Shown: piece by piece, positions 12,072-25,709 of the stretch
Numbering within the stretch: the stretch's first letter is position 1
How the letters are laid out: every line of letters starts with the position of its first letter
DNA from: Octopus vulgaris
Lineage: Eukaryota
Length of the DNA stretch: 64,000 bases
Assembly: GCA_951406725.2 (NCBI GenBank)
Contig: OX597828.1
Location: 45,136,001-45,200,000, forward strand
Direction of reading: 5' to 3'
Program-made: the position numbers and the translations under genes
The notes under the pieces: model-generated
What the model was told of the DNA's origin: nothing
The model's input: only the letters and a program-made list of their open reading frames with translations
The model's database searches: none

Positions 12072-12731
12072 TTCATTATTATAATTATAATTATAATTAT
12101 TATTATTATTATTATCATCATCATCATCATTATTATTATTATTATTATAATTATTATTATTATTATTATTAATATCTAATAACTTCATCACTATCATTAT
12201 CATCATTATTATATTATCATTATTATCATTATTAATATTTTCCTCATTATCATAGTTGTTTGTTATCATCATCAACATCATCATCATCATCATCATCATC
12301 ATAGTTATTCTGTGAGAAGAAAGGAAAGGGGTTCTTCTCCTAATTTATTGGGAATTATTCAAGAAATGATTGCTAAGGTTATTCGGTCTGGTCTCTCTCT
12401 CGTATTTATATAGAAGTTCAAGGGAGGGAAGAATCGAAGGGAAACAGAATGATTGCAGCTTTTCATTAGCGCAAATAATTTACACAGTAACTAATTGCCC
12501 TCACGCTCCACATTACCCCAACCACTCCCCTCCCCCACTAACTCTTGACCCCTTCCTTACCCCACTTCACTTCCATTCTTACAGATTCCATTCTTGCATA
12601 CGTATCAAAATAGACTTTCTGTATTGTACTGCATTGCAGTATATATGTGTGTGTATATATATATATATACATGTGTGTGTGTGTGTGTGTGTGTGTATAT
12701 GCATATATATATATATATATGTGTGTGTGTG

Positions 12732-12785
<54 letters not shown>

Positions 12786-12790
12786 ATTAG

Positions 12791-12827
<37 letters not shown>

Positions 12828-13200
12828 CATACATACATACATACATACATACAAACATACATAAATATATCCATATACACACGTCTGTGTGTGTATGCTT
12901 GTTTGTTTATATTTTCTATTGTTTAAATTTTCTATTTTTGAAAATCATTAAGTCAGAATTAAGGACACTGTAGTTATTTCCCTCTCAACAAATTGTCCCT
13001 TGGGCTTGTGCATTTGAAGACATGTGGAATAAGTGATCCCTTATTTGAAAATTGGGCATGGGAATAGTAGCAGGAAAAATATCTCACTGTAAAAAAAAAA
13101 AATTGTCCAAATAATATATTCACCTAACCCATGCTGGCACACAAAAAAAAAGAGGAAGAATTGGATGTAAAGCAAATGAACAATTACACATTATTGCTTA

Positions 13201-13616
13201 CTCTTTACTCTTTACTCTTTTACTCTTTTACTTGTTTCAGTCATTTGACTGCGGCCATGCTGGAGCACCACCTTTAGTCGAGCAAATCGTCCCCAGGACT
13301 TATTCTTTGTAAGCCCAGTACTTATTCTATCGGTCTCTTTTGCCGAACCACTAAGTGATGGGGACGTAAACACACCAGCATCGGTTGTCAAGCAATGCTA
13401 GGGGACAAACACAGACACACAAATACACCCACACATATATATATACATATATACGACAGGCTTCTTTCAGTTTCCGTCTACCAAATCCACTCACAAGGCA
13501 TTGGTCGGCCCGGGGCTATAGCAGAAGACACTTGCCCAAGGTGCCACGCAGTGGGACTGAACCCGGAACCATGTGGTTGGTTAGCAAGCTACTTACCACA
13601 CAGCCACTCCTGCGCC
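13201..13616 (-). mobile_element. SINE family A, full length
   Basis: Near-identical reverse complement of 3240-3648. Confidence 0.9.
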
Positions 13617-14286
13617 TATGTAATTACAGATGGACATACATACATACATATATACATATGTGTGCATGTGTGAAAGCATTCACGAATCTGTGGTGTGGTG
13701 GAGGTGTGAGTGAGTGAGCGAGTGTATAATTAGACTATTTATGTGAAAGTCTTTCAGAAGATTTCTAATGAAAACTGTCCCAAGATTCATGAATATCCGA
13801 AAATAGATTCCTCGGTTCATCTATTTTTATCCTGTGCTGAATTTATCATTAATCATGAATTCTATTTTCCCTTTTCACTTCAGAACATGTTGCCAAATAC
13901 CAGTTCCTTGGAACCATACCATATTTTTCATTTGATTTCAGATTTGTTTCTTTTTTTTTTTTTATATTTTCTTCCCTTTTTTTTTTTTTCATTGCTTCTC
14001 ACTTTGTTGTATGATTTATTTTCTGTGCTTGTTGTTGTAGTTGTAGCTGCTGATACTGTTGTTGTTTGGCTCCATGTGGCGTCCTGATCGAAAAACTGTT
14101 TCGGGTTTCATGTATCTTAAATTATTACCATATCCATTGCAGTCCTCGATTTGTGTCTTTTTGACTTTTTTTTTTTTTTTGCTTTTTGTTAAGATATTTT
14201 TCTTTCTTTATCTCAATTCCATCATGTGCTCCCACAACAGGTCATTTTTGGACAGCTCCAGATATATATAAGATATTTTGTCAAAA

Positions 14287-14513
14287 GGCGAGCTGGCAGA
14301 AACGTTAGCACACCGGGCGAAATGCTTAGCAGTATTGCGTCTGTCGTTGCGTTCTGAGTTCAAATTTCGCCGAGGTCGACTTTGCCTTTCATCCTTTCGG
14401 GGTCGATAAATTAAGTACCAGTTACGCACTGGGGTCGATGTAATCGACTTAATCCGTTTGTCTGTCCTTGTTTGTCCCCTCTATGTTTAGCCCCTTGTGG
14501 GCAATAAAGAAAC
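14287..14513 (+). mobile_element. SINE family C with 16-bp target-site duplication
   Basis: Head ggcgagctggcagaaacgttagc...gagttcaaat; agatattttgtcaaaa is present at both 14271-14286 and 14514-14529. Confidence 0.9.
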
Positions 14514-14831
14514 AGATATTTTGTCAAAAAATGCCCTTAGCATAAAGCCTTCAGCTATTTCTAGAGAAATGAATGTTGTAGATGATTCACCATGGCCCTT
14601 CCCACAACAAAATATAATTAATTCAGAGAGAGTGCAACAGAAAGGGAGAGAGGGAGGGAGGAAAGAGAGAGAGTGAGAGAGACAACCAGATAGTGACACA
14701 GACAGGGTGAGAAGTGTCAACTCCAGTACTTGATTAGCTCCACCTTCTCGACCCACCTCATTACTCTCACCACTTTGTCTCCCTCCTCCCTTTCATATAG
14801 ATCCCTGTCATTATTCTTCCCATTCTAAGTT

Positions 14832-15220
14832 GGCGAGCTGGCAGAAACGTTAGCATGTGAGGCAAAATGCTTAGCAGTATTTCGTCTGCTGCTATGTTCT
14901 GAGTTCAAATTCCACTGAGGTCAACTTTGCCTTTCATCCTTTCGGGGTCAATTATGCACTGGGGTCGATATTATTAACTTAATCCGTTTGTCTGTCCTTG
15001 TTTGTCCCCCCTGTGTGTAGCCCCTTGTGGGCAGTAAGGAAATAAGAAACATTAGCACGCTGGGCAAAATGCTTAGTGGTATTTCACCCATCACTAGGTT
15101 CTGAGTCTTTCATCATTTCAGGGTCAATAAATTAAGTACCAGTGAAACTCTGGGGTCAACGAAATTGACTAGTCCCCTCGCACAAAATTTTAGGCCTTGT
15201 ACCTTTATTAGAAAGAATTA
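14832..15220 (+). mobile_element. Two tandem SINE family C copies
   Basis: Head repeated at 14832 and ~15046. Confidence 0.8.
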
Positions 15221-16081
15221 TTCTTTCCATTCTCCACTCCTTTGTCTCCTCTGTTATTCTTCCTAAACACTATTCCCTCTGTTACTTTCTTCACTAACAT
15301 CCTCCCACAACTGTAAATTTGAGTTTTCCTTCATCATACCTTAATTGCAATTTCCTTGCCATTTCGAGCTACAACACCACTCCTCAAGTGTCTGCACCAC
15401 TAAAAAAATGCATCTTAGACTCATTAAGAACACTTGGTAAATTAAACTGAGCAGTGATAGCACAAAGGTTGCAATGGATCCTTAGCCTTGCTGAAGACAA
15501 AGTAACTCCCCTAGTGCTGGTGCTATAAATAAAAGCATCACGTACATTATGAAAGTGACTGGTAAATTGAGTTGAGTAGGAAGGGTGAAAGGTATTTGAA
15601 ATTTGAACTCAAAATGTTGTGAGCTAGAACAAATATGTCTTTCTCTGATACTCTAACATCCTTTCTGAGATCGTAGGATATGGTTTAATCGAAATTTGTC
15701 TCTTCTATTTCTAAAAGGTCACTCAGTGTTGTAAGAGTTTCCCTGTCTTCAGTATAAGAGTTTTTCATTTTGGCCTTTAATTATCTGTCAAAGACAGGGA
15801 TAGTATTCAGAAATAAACTTTGAACAAACTCTTTCATCCTATTCATTACATTTTTTTGTTCCTGTTTTTCATTTTCATTGAAATGATGAAGAGTAAAAGA
15901 AGAAGAGGTGGTTGTGATATTTACAGGCCCTACTCCAAGATAATTGAAATTGATGTATTTTTGATACTACAGCCTGAAAATCTGCTTAAAAAGTAAGAGT
16001 GGAAAGGTAACTGAGTAAATATTTCAAAAGTACTCAGAGAGCTGAACCATGATATTAAAGCAACCACAGAAGGTAACTAAG

Positions 16082-16417
16082 GGTTGCTGAAACCCCCTTC
16101 GGTCATGACTGACCGTGGGATTGTACCTAGAAAGTTACCTTCCCAGGCACAAGTCTGGGCAAGGTTGTTTATGGAAGACCAACAGTCGCCCATGCATACC
16201 AGCCTCCCCTCTCCACGCTACCAGTGTTATCCAAGGGATAAGGCAAAAGGGGCCGATACATCTTGTTCACCTGTGACGTCGCAACTCATTTCTACAGCTG
16301 ACTGAACTGGAGCAATGTGAAATAAAGAACACAACATGCAGCCCGGTCCGGGATTCGAACTCACAACTCTCACGATCGTAAGCTCGACGCTCTAACCACT
16401 GAGCCATGTGCATTCAC
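16082..16417 (-). mobile_element. tRNA-derived SINE family E
   Basis: Minus strand gcacatggctcagtggttagagcgtcgagcttacgatcgtgag...gagttcgaatcccgga has clear A and B boxes; relatives at 53785-54075 (-) and 60476-60720 (+). Confidence 0.8.
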
Positions 16418-16609
16418 AAAATAAGGGTTAGGTCCTTGGGAACCATCTGGTTGCATTAAGCCATGCATAAGAAGAAATAGAGTTAGGTAGAGAGGATCAG
16501 TGTGATTGTATTAAACCACTCAGAGCAGAGAGAACTCCACTAAAGACACTAAGAAACTATACTCGTGGCACTCCATCGGTGGTGACAACGAGGGTTCGTC
16601 GTATATATC

Positions 16610-16972
16610 CTCTTTTACTCTCTCTCTTTTACTTGTTTCAGTCATTTGACTGTGGACATGCTGGAGCACCGCCTTTAGTCGAGCAAATCGACCCCGGGAC
16701 TTATTCTTTTTGTAAGCCAAGTACTTATTCTACCGGTCTCTTTTGCTGAACCGCTAAGTGACAGGGACGTAAACACACCAGCATCGGTTGTCAAGCAATG
16801 CTAGGGGGACAAACACAGATACACAAACACACATACACACATATATATATACATATATACGACAGGCTTCTTTCAGTTTCCGTCTACCAAATCCACTCAC
16901 AAGGCATTGGTCGGCCTGGGGCTATAGCAGAAGACACTTGCCCAAGGTGCATCGCAGTGGGACTGAACCATA

Positions 16973-17027
<55 letters not shown>

Positions 17028-17250
17028 ATATATGTTTGTGTGTCTGTGTCTGTCCCCCCCAACATCGCTTGACAACTGATGCTGGTGTGTTTACGTCCCC
17101 GTAACTTAGTAGTTCGGCAAAAGAGACCGATAGAATAAGTACTAGGCTTACAAAGAATTAGTCCTGGGATCGATATACTCGATCGACTAAAGGCGGTGCT
17201 CCAGCATGGCCACAGTCAAATGACTGAAACAAGTAAAAGAGTAAAAGAGA
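16610..17250. mobile_element. Inverted pair of SINE family A copies (minus 16610-16968; plus ~17030-17250)
   Basis: The 3' halves are reverse complements of each other, separated by ~200 nt including a TA/TG tract. Confidence 0.85.
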
Positions 17251-17299
17251 GTTAAGAATGAGAATTTCCTATTTTTAAAACATGGTATATATTTACTTA

Positions 17300-17540
17300 G
17301 ACGTGGCACATAAAAAGCACCATCCGATCGTGACCATTTGCCAGACTTGTCTGGCACATAAAAAGCACCCACTACACTCTCGGAGTGGTTGGCGTTAGGA
17401 AGGGCATCCAGCCGTAGAAACATTGCCAGATCAAACTGGGCCTGGTGCAGCCTTCTGGCTTCCAAGACCCCAGTTGAACCGTCCAACCTATGCTAGCATA
17501 GAAAGCATACGCTAAATGATGATGATGATGATGATGATGA
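17300..17540 (+). mobile_element. RTE LINE 3' end fragment
   Basis: aaaagcacccactacactctcggagtggttggcgttaggaagggcatcc...(GAT)n. Confidence 0.85.
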
Positions 17541-18110
17541 ACGCAGCACCAAATATAACACCCCACCCTGCACCCCACGACCATTGCTTTGCACCTAAAA
17601 ATCATTTATATATTCCATCTCCTTATCATTCCTTTTTACACTTGAATAAAATACTATCTTGAAATATTAACCACGAATGTATTAAATTTCTTGCACCCTA
17701 CACAAATAAATACAATATTTCTTCTTTTAGCTTTCATGTGAAGTATGCAAGGAATTTTTGGCTTTGATTTTGATTTCCAGAGTGGCACTCTTTTTGATGT
17801 CATAATGTGTAGGAAGAAAAAAGGAGTTAAGACGAATCATTTCTTTTAAGAATTTCCAATATAGGAAAGTTTTTTTTCAAACCTTACTAAACAATTTCAG
17901 GATTATATTGCCAGTGAAATACGCCTTCTATATGAGCTTCCCTTTTATTTTGATTGATTTTTAAAGTAATAAAGAATTTTGAGGAATTTCATAAAATATG
18001 AACATAGGAATGGTTGTAGGATTAATAAGTTTGCTACACAGTTTCCAAAAGGGAATTCTTCAAACCTTCAAGATTTTCTCTCAACGCATGGCTATGACGC
18101 TCTCCCATTA

Positions 18111-18326
18111 CTCTCTTTACTCTTTTTACTCTTTTACTTGTTTCAGTCATTTGACTGCGGCCATGCTGGAGCATTGCCTTTTTTTTAGTCGAGCAAATCG
18201 ACCCCGGAACTTATTCTTTGTAAGCCCAGTACTTATTCTATCGGTCTCTTTTGCCGAACCGCTAAGTGACGGGGATGTAAACACACCAGCAATGCTAGGG
18301 GGACAAACACAGACACACAAACACAC

Positions 18327-18379
<53 letters not shown>

Positions 18380-18544
18380 TACGACAGGCTTCTTTCAGTT
18401 TCAATCTACCAAATCCACTCACAAGGCATTGGTCGGCCCGGGGCTATAGCAGAAGACACTTGCCCAAGATGCCACGCAGTGGGACTGAACCCGGAACCAT
18501 GTGGTTGGTTAGCAAGCTACTTACCACACAGCCACTCCTGTGCC
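18111..18544 (-). mobile_element. SINE family A, full length
   Basis: Reverse complement of 3240-3648; it accounts for most of the 221-aa ORF 17998-18663. Confidence 0.9.
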
Positions 18545-18874
18545 TATTAGTGCTGCTTGTAATCAACAGCCATGCTCAAATGGTGTTTTTTTATGTGTTA
18601 ACTGCACCCCAAATTTCAGGCCTTGTCCTAACCATAGAAAGCATTATTTGGCAGAATCGTTAACACGCTGGACGAAATGCTTAGTGATATTTCACCTGTC
18701 ACTACATTCTGAGTTCAAATTCTGCCGAGGTCAACTTTGCTTTTCATCCTCTCAGGGTCGATAAAATAAGTACCAGTTGAACACTGGGTTTGATGTAATC
18801 AAACTACTCGACCTCCCAAATTTCAGGCCTTGAGCTAAATATAAAAATCCTTATTATTATTATTATTATTATTA

Positions 18875-18966
<92 letters not shown>

Positions 18967-19039
18967 GATTATAGTAATGACTATCAGAGATTTCCAGTTT
19001 ATAATTAAATTCATTTGTTTGTTTTCCCTTTGTATCTCT

Positions 19040-19445
19040 TTCTTTTCTCTTTTACTTGTTTCAGTCATTTGACTGCGGCCATGCTGGAGCACCGCCTTTT
19101 AATCGAGCAACTCGACCCCGGGACTTATTCTTTTGTAAGCCCAGTACTTATTCTATCGGTCTCTTTTGCCGAACCACTAAGTAACGGGGACATAAACACA
19201 CCAGCATCGGTTGTCAAGCAATGCTAGGGGGACAAACACAGACACACAAACACATACATGCATACATATATATATATATATATACATATATACGACAGGC
19301 TTCTTTCAGTTTCTGTCTACCAAATCCACTCACAAGGCTTTGGTCGGCCCGAGGCTATAGTAGAAGACACTTGCCCAAGGTGCCACACAGTGGGACAGAA
19401 CCCAAAACCATGTGGTTGGTAAATAAGCTACTTACCACACAGCCA
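19040..19445 (-). mobile_element. SINE family A
   Basis: Reverse complement of 3240-3648. Confidence 0.85.
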
Positions 19446-20344
19446 TTTCTGGCTGTGTTTTATGATGTGTTTTGTTTTTTCTTTTATTCTGTCAGTGCAA
19501 ACTATTGATAATTTTTTATCTTATTGGTATGTTTACGTCTATGTATGTCTGAATGAGAGTGTGGTGTGTGTTATATACACAGACATGCGGACAAACTACA
19601 CATACATATATACATATATGCATACATACATACATACATACATGCATACATACATGCATGCATACATACATATATAAAAACATACGTAAATATTTACATA
19701 TATACACACATACATACATGTATACAGCACACATATATACATACATACACGCATATATACATACATATGTATATTCATACATACACACACATACAGACAC
19801 ATATATACATACACACCCATACATATACATACACACACATACATACATACTTGCACACATATATACATACATACACACATACATACACACATACACACAC
19901 ATACTTACACATACATGCACACATATACATCATACATACATGCACACATACACCTACATACATACATGCACACACACACGTACACACATATATACATACA
20001 TTCACACACTTGCATACATTTAAACATATCTACATACATACACACACATACACACACATATACATACATACATGCACATACGCATACATACACATACATG
20101 CACACACATACATACATACCTTCACACACACACATACACCCACATATATATATATATATATATGAAATGCATACATATGGTGCAATAGATTGACATTACT
20201 GTTAGACTAAAACCTTGCAAATAATTTCTCTGCCTCATTGCATTCTGAGTTCAAATCCTAGAGAGGTCGACTATGACTTTTATTTTTGGTAGGATGGCAG
20301 GGGCATGTCAAGAAATAAATGACCACCCAAATACTGGAGCTCTA

Positions 20345-20392
<48 letters not shown>

Positions 20393-20492
20393 AGTTCTGT
20401 TGCATTCCATTCTCTAATGAATTCTCCATGAATGCATGAGTCCAATGATAATGAAGATGTTACTATTTGCTACTTACTCATGTATATATGTG

Positions 20493-20567
<75 letters not shown>

Positions 20568-20734
20568 TCATCGTTTAACATCTGCTTTTCATGCTGGCAT
20601 GGGTTGGGCGGTTTGACTGAGAACTGGCGAGCCAGATGGCTGCACCAGGCTCCAATCTGATCTAGCAGAGTTTCTACAGCTGGATACCCTTCCTAACGCT
20701 GTGTGTGTATATATATACATACATATATATATAA

Positions 20735-20773
<39 letters not shown>

Positions 20774-20909
20774 CACAGACGCACAAACATATATATCATA
20801 GGTGGCATATAGAGAATGAGAAGGGCTAATGTTGAAACAGAATCACAATATAGAAATAACTATATTAAAATTTATACTTGGTTGATGACATGCCAAATAT
20901 AAAATCAAA

Positions 20910-20956
<47 letters not shown>

Positions 20957-20965
20957 GTATTATTG

Positions 20966-21033
<68 letters not shown>

Positions 21034-21034
21034 G

Positions 21035-21090
<56 letters not shown>

Positions 21091-21094
<4 letters not shown>

Positions 21095-22160
21095 TGTGTT
21101 TGACTTTTGCTTTGTATTCGTACAAGCTGATTCCAAATCTCACCCAGAGACGTCAAGCCATAAGTTAGAATATCAAATTGGTGTTATGCCTAGAGTGTCA
21201 TATATTTGGTTTTGTACATAGTGTTGTTCTAGAGAATGTTTAAGAAAACATAAGAAAATTATGAGTTTGTTTCAAAATTTGAGATTACATAGACAGTATT
21301 AGGATATGGGATATGGGCATTTCCCACGAGCACTAACTTTTAAATTTCTGCCATTTTGGAGCTTCCTAGTATCTGAGCTAGGTAGGAATCGGCCCCTTTT
21401 ACTATCATTCCTAGGACATCTATGACTACAGGTATTGTTTTAGTCTTGAGGTTCCACATTTTGCCAATTTCTATTTCAAGATCTTTATACTTGCTCAGCT
21501 TTTGGTAGGTCTTGACAGATACATTTACGTCGATTGGGACAGTCATATCAATGAGGAGGCATGATTTTTGTCTGAAGTCTTTCAATAAATTTTGTCTGGT
21601 TTATTTGTATCTATCTTTTGGTCAGGTTGAATGGTGAAGTTCCAGAGGAGTGATAAGGGATCATTTTCAAGTACTGGAGGTGGTTTGTGTTCCCACCAGT
21701 TTTGATCATGGGGCATGTCCACGTTTCTGCAAATTACCCAGTGAATATATTGTGCTACTCTATCGTGCCTGCTGAGATACTCTGTAGGTGCAAGAAGACT
21801 GCACATGGAGACCACATGGTCAATGGTTTCCTTTTGTTGTTGACATACAAGATATGTTGGGCACCTGCTGTTCTTTAATATGTTGGCCTGGTAGTTTCTT
21901 GTAGGTAGGCATTGATCTTGGGCTGCTATGATTAACCCTTCTGTTTCAGATTTTAGGCCAGAAGACACTAACCATTGATGGGTAAGGGCTTTGCCAACAA
22001 TAACACCATTCTATTAGCTCTCTTTGCATATTTGCCATTTAGAGGTTTTTCTTGCTATTTATCAGTAAGAATATCTAAGGCAGCAGTTTTAGCACAGGTT
22101 TTCATACATGTAGCTTTTACTGTGTTTGTTTCTAGCACATCTAATTCTATTTCAGCTAAT
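21091..22160 (-). mobile_element. 5'-truncated RLE-type LINE, R4/Dong-like
   Basis: LKSETEGLIIAAQDQ...CxxxxC...ETIDHVVSMC...RHDRVAQYIHW...KPD...LIDMTVP...KLSKYKDL...IPVVI..LG (zinc knuckle, RHD and PD-(D/E)xK endonuclease motifs); frameshifted; the 3' end runs into (TAA)n. Confidence 0.85.
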
Positions 22161-22894
22161 TATCATCATCATCATCATTGAAAATTTCTAATTTGTGTTT
22201 AACAAATAAAATCAAGGATGACAGAAATATACTAAAATCACAATATCTTGGAGCAAATGAGGTAAAAAAAAGTCGATAAAAGTAAAAAAGAAAAGTCAGT
22301 AGAGAAATGGAAAATATTGGTTTGAAATTTTGGCAGAAGGCCAGACGTTTTGGAGTAGGAGTTAAGTCAATTATATTGACCCCAATGTTCAAATAGCACT
22401 TATTTTATTGTCCCTGAAGGGATAAATGGCAAAGTCCACCTTGCTGAAATTTAAACTCAGAAATTGAAAATGGATGAAATGCTGAAAAGTAATTTGACCC
22501 AGCATGGTAAAAATCCTTTTAGGTTGCCACCTTAGATATAGAAAATATTAAAAATTATCTTCTAGAAAATATTGGTTTTAAAGTTCAAAACAAGACCAGC
22601 CCACTTGGCATATGGGTTTAATTGATTACATCAATATCCCTGTTTTTTTTAGCACTTGCTTTATTGCCCCTGAAAAGATAAATGACAAAATCGACCTTGC
22701 TGGGGTTAGAACTCAGAGCATAGAGATGGATGAAATTCCAGTAAGTGATTTTCCCAGCATGCTAGCAATCCTGCCAGCTTGTCACCTGAGATACAGAAGA
22801 CATCAAGAGAAAACTAGGCTCATCACTAAAGACAATGATAATAGACAAAACTAATCAAACCTTATTAACAGCAACAACAGCAACAACAACAGTA

Positions 22895-23058
22895 GAGGTG
22901 CAATAGCCCAGTGGTTAGGGCAGCGGACTCGCGGTCGTAAGAACGCGGTTTCGATTCCCAGACCGGGCAAAATCACCTAAGCTCAACGTGGCTCCGACGG
23001 GAGGGGGGGTGAACCCTGCTGTACTCTCTCACCACAACTTTCTCTCACTCATTCTTCT
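22895..23058 (+). mobile_element. tRNA-derived SINE related to family D
   Basis: ggtgcaatagcccagtggttagggcagcggactcgcgg...ggtttcgattccc...ccacaactttctctcactc. Confidence 0.7.
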
Positions 23059-23826
23059 TACTTCTGTCACAAAGTAGAGGAACCATGGTGTAACCCATTA
23101 TGGTGTGGTAAACTTTCAGACCCTAGTCTAGATTGCAAATGCTCTGTACCCCAGGATGGTTCAGCTCTCCACCCGTTAAAAAGCCACTGTTTATGGAATG
23201 AGGATAACAACATAGCTTTCACGCCCGTGCAACCGCCAGTCTATCGCGTGTGGAGGGTGGATCTTCAAGTTGCCATATGCATCATTCTTAGTAGCTTAGT
23301 GTAGACTTGAATTAGAGATTATACTTTGTGGCTAATGGCGTGAGTCCGGACTGGAAGAAGAAGAAGAAGAAGAAGAAGAAGAAGAAGAAGAAGAAGCCTA
23401 GATCAATTCAATTACCTGACAAGCATATTTTTGAAATGAATATGTGTGTGTATTTGTGTGTGTGTGTGTGTTGTGTATGAACTTTAGTTTAGTTTAAATG
23501 TGTTTGTGACACAAAAGCAAATTAACTGCTGTTACTATAGAAAAAAATTCTTGCTTATTGTAAAAGGTATAAAAACACTATATATGCTCTATGTCTTCCT
23601 CTAACAGACTCCCAGATGCATTTCTGATTCCTTAGCCTTCCTTAGCTGGAGATAGTGAAGTGAGAGAAAACTTAGTAGATGTAAAAAGCTGTAGATTTAT
23701 CTTAGAACAGTCAACATCCACGACTGAGTTTCACTTGTGGACTGCGTGAAATACATATACATATATACATACATATATACTGCCTGAAATACATATACAA
23801 ATACATATATACACATATATATGTAC

Positions 23827-23879
<53 letters not shown>

Positions 23880-23903
23880 CATATATATACATATATCTAT
23901 TTA

Positions 23904-23935
<32 letters not shown>

Positions 23936-24724
23936 AAGTGCTGTGGTTTTACTGGGATCTCCCTTTTAAGTAGAAAGAATAGCCATAACTCTTTGACTGC
24001 TATTTCTAAATTCGGTGTGTGGTGAGGCAAATCGTTGCTAAACCCTTAATTACTTAGTAATACTATATATATAGAGAGAGAGTTTCACTTGTGGACTGCC
24101 TGAAATAGATCCGCAGTGTAGTTTTTGTAGCCGAGTGATATACAACACATTACAGGGAAATTAGATCACCGAAAGGTTCTGAGTTCAATCTCCACTAAAG
24201 GTGGTATTTCAAAAACATAAGGATTCATATGCTTCCTGATCTAGTACCTGGTTCCCTTAATGTGTTAAGAGCTAATGGGCCAAAACACTTTCTTGATGAG
24301 GAGTTCTTTCTCAGATTTCATCTATTATCTACTCACATCATAGTGAGTTTCCATTTACTTTCTGTTTATCTGTTGAGTGATTAAAATATTTATGTATTTC
24401 TCTGAAGAGAATTCTGATTTGCTAAAACAATCTGTGTGCTGTAAGCAAATTAATGGGGGAAAAAAATCCCAAACACTCTCTTTCAAATATTGAGTTTGTT
24501 TGAATTGTTGATTTTTCTGTTCAACTGATTAAATTAAACATATATACACACACACACACATATATATATATACTTACATGCATCTTTCTGTCTGCCTCTA
24601 TATCTATCTATTCATATGTTTGTGTGTGTGTGCATATATATATATATCTATATATATATATATATATAAACACACACTCACACACACATATACATATATA
24701 TATACACATATATATGTACATATA

Positions 24725-24771
<47 letters not shown>

Positions 24772-24892
24772 TTAATAAGGGTGAGAGAATTAGATACTAA
24801 TTTAATAGTATATCTATTCAACACCAAGTGGCCTAGTGCTCCGAGAAACCTGGATTATTATAATATTTTATAATATATTATAATATTTTTAC

Positions 24893-25290
24893 AAAATAAA
24901 TATAAGAGAGTGGTCACTATATGGCTCACTCTAGCACCAGTTAATCCAAAAGGTTTCAACCACAAAAATACATGTTTCCCATGAAAGTCAGTACGATTGT
25001 TAGCTCACACGGACAGGGCAAATAAAAAATAACAAAAATACAGATTATTTTGGGACAATTGTTTCGCTATTAATGAATTAAATGTAATTTTACTTACAAA
25101 AAATCCACTTGTTCATTAATAGCGAAACAATTGTCCCAAAATAATCTGTATTTTTGTTATTTTTTATTTGCCCTGTCCGTGTGAGCTAACAATCGTACTG
25201 ACTTTCATGGGAAACATGTATTTTTGTGGTTGAAACCTTTTGGATTAACTGGTGCTAGAGTGAGCCATATAGGGACCACTCTCTTATATT

Positions 25291-25296
<6 letters not shown>
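24893..25296. repeat. Near-perfect inverted repeat, 185-bp arms, 34-bp spacer
   Basis: 24893-25077 is the reverse complement of 25112-25296 with one mismatch seen (24916/25273). Confidence 0.95.
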
Positions 25297-25333
<37 letters not shown>

Positions 25334-25658
25334 GAGAGAGAGAGATAAATAGATATATGTATATATACACATATACATATACATGCATGGTAGTGCCTTG
25401 ATATATGGGTTAATTTATTCCCAGAGACCACACATAAAGTGAAAACTCGTAAAGCAGAGCAGTAATTTCCCCTAGAAGCAATGAAATTTTATGGCGTCAT
25501 TTCACTCCGCCCCTGTGTAGACACATCAGAACCAACATTGCCACATGTTTCGTTGTTGTCACACACACAAATTGGCTGTTTAACCTTTTTGCATTCATTA
25601 TAAATTAAAACTCATAAACTCGGTGTTTTGTAAAGCGAGTCCTTATAAAGTGAGATAT

Positions 25659-25709
<51 letters not shown>

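Noticed and set aside
13995-14165. Minus-strand frame KTQIEDCNGYGNNLRYMKPETVFRSGRH...*
   Set aside because: It looks protein-like but is preceded by a poly-A run with no acceptor, and I recognise no homology.
17998-18663. 221-aa ORF and the recurring 'RQASFSFRLPNPLTRHWSARGYSRRHLPK' peptide
   Set aside because: Antisense translation of SINE family A; the recurrence reflects SINE copy number, not a protein family.
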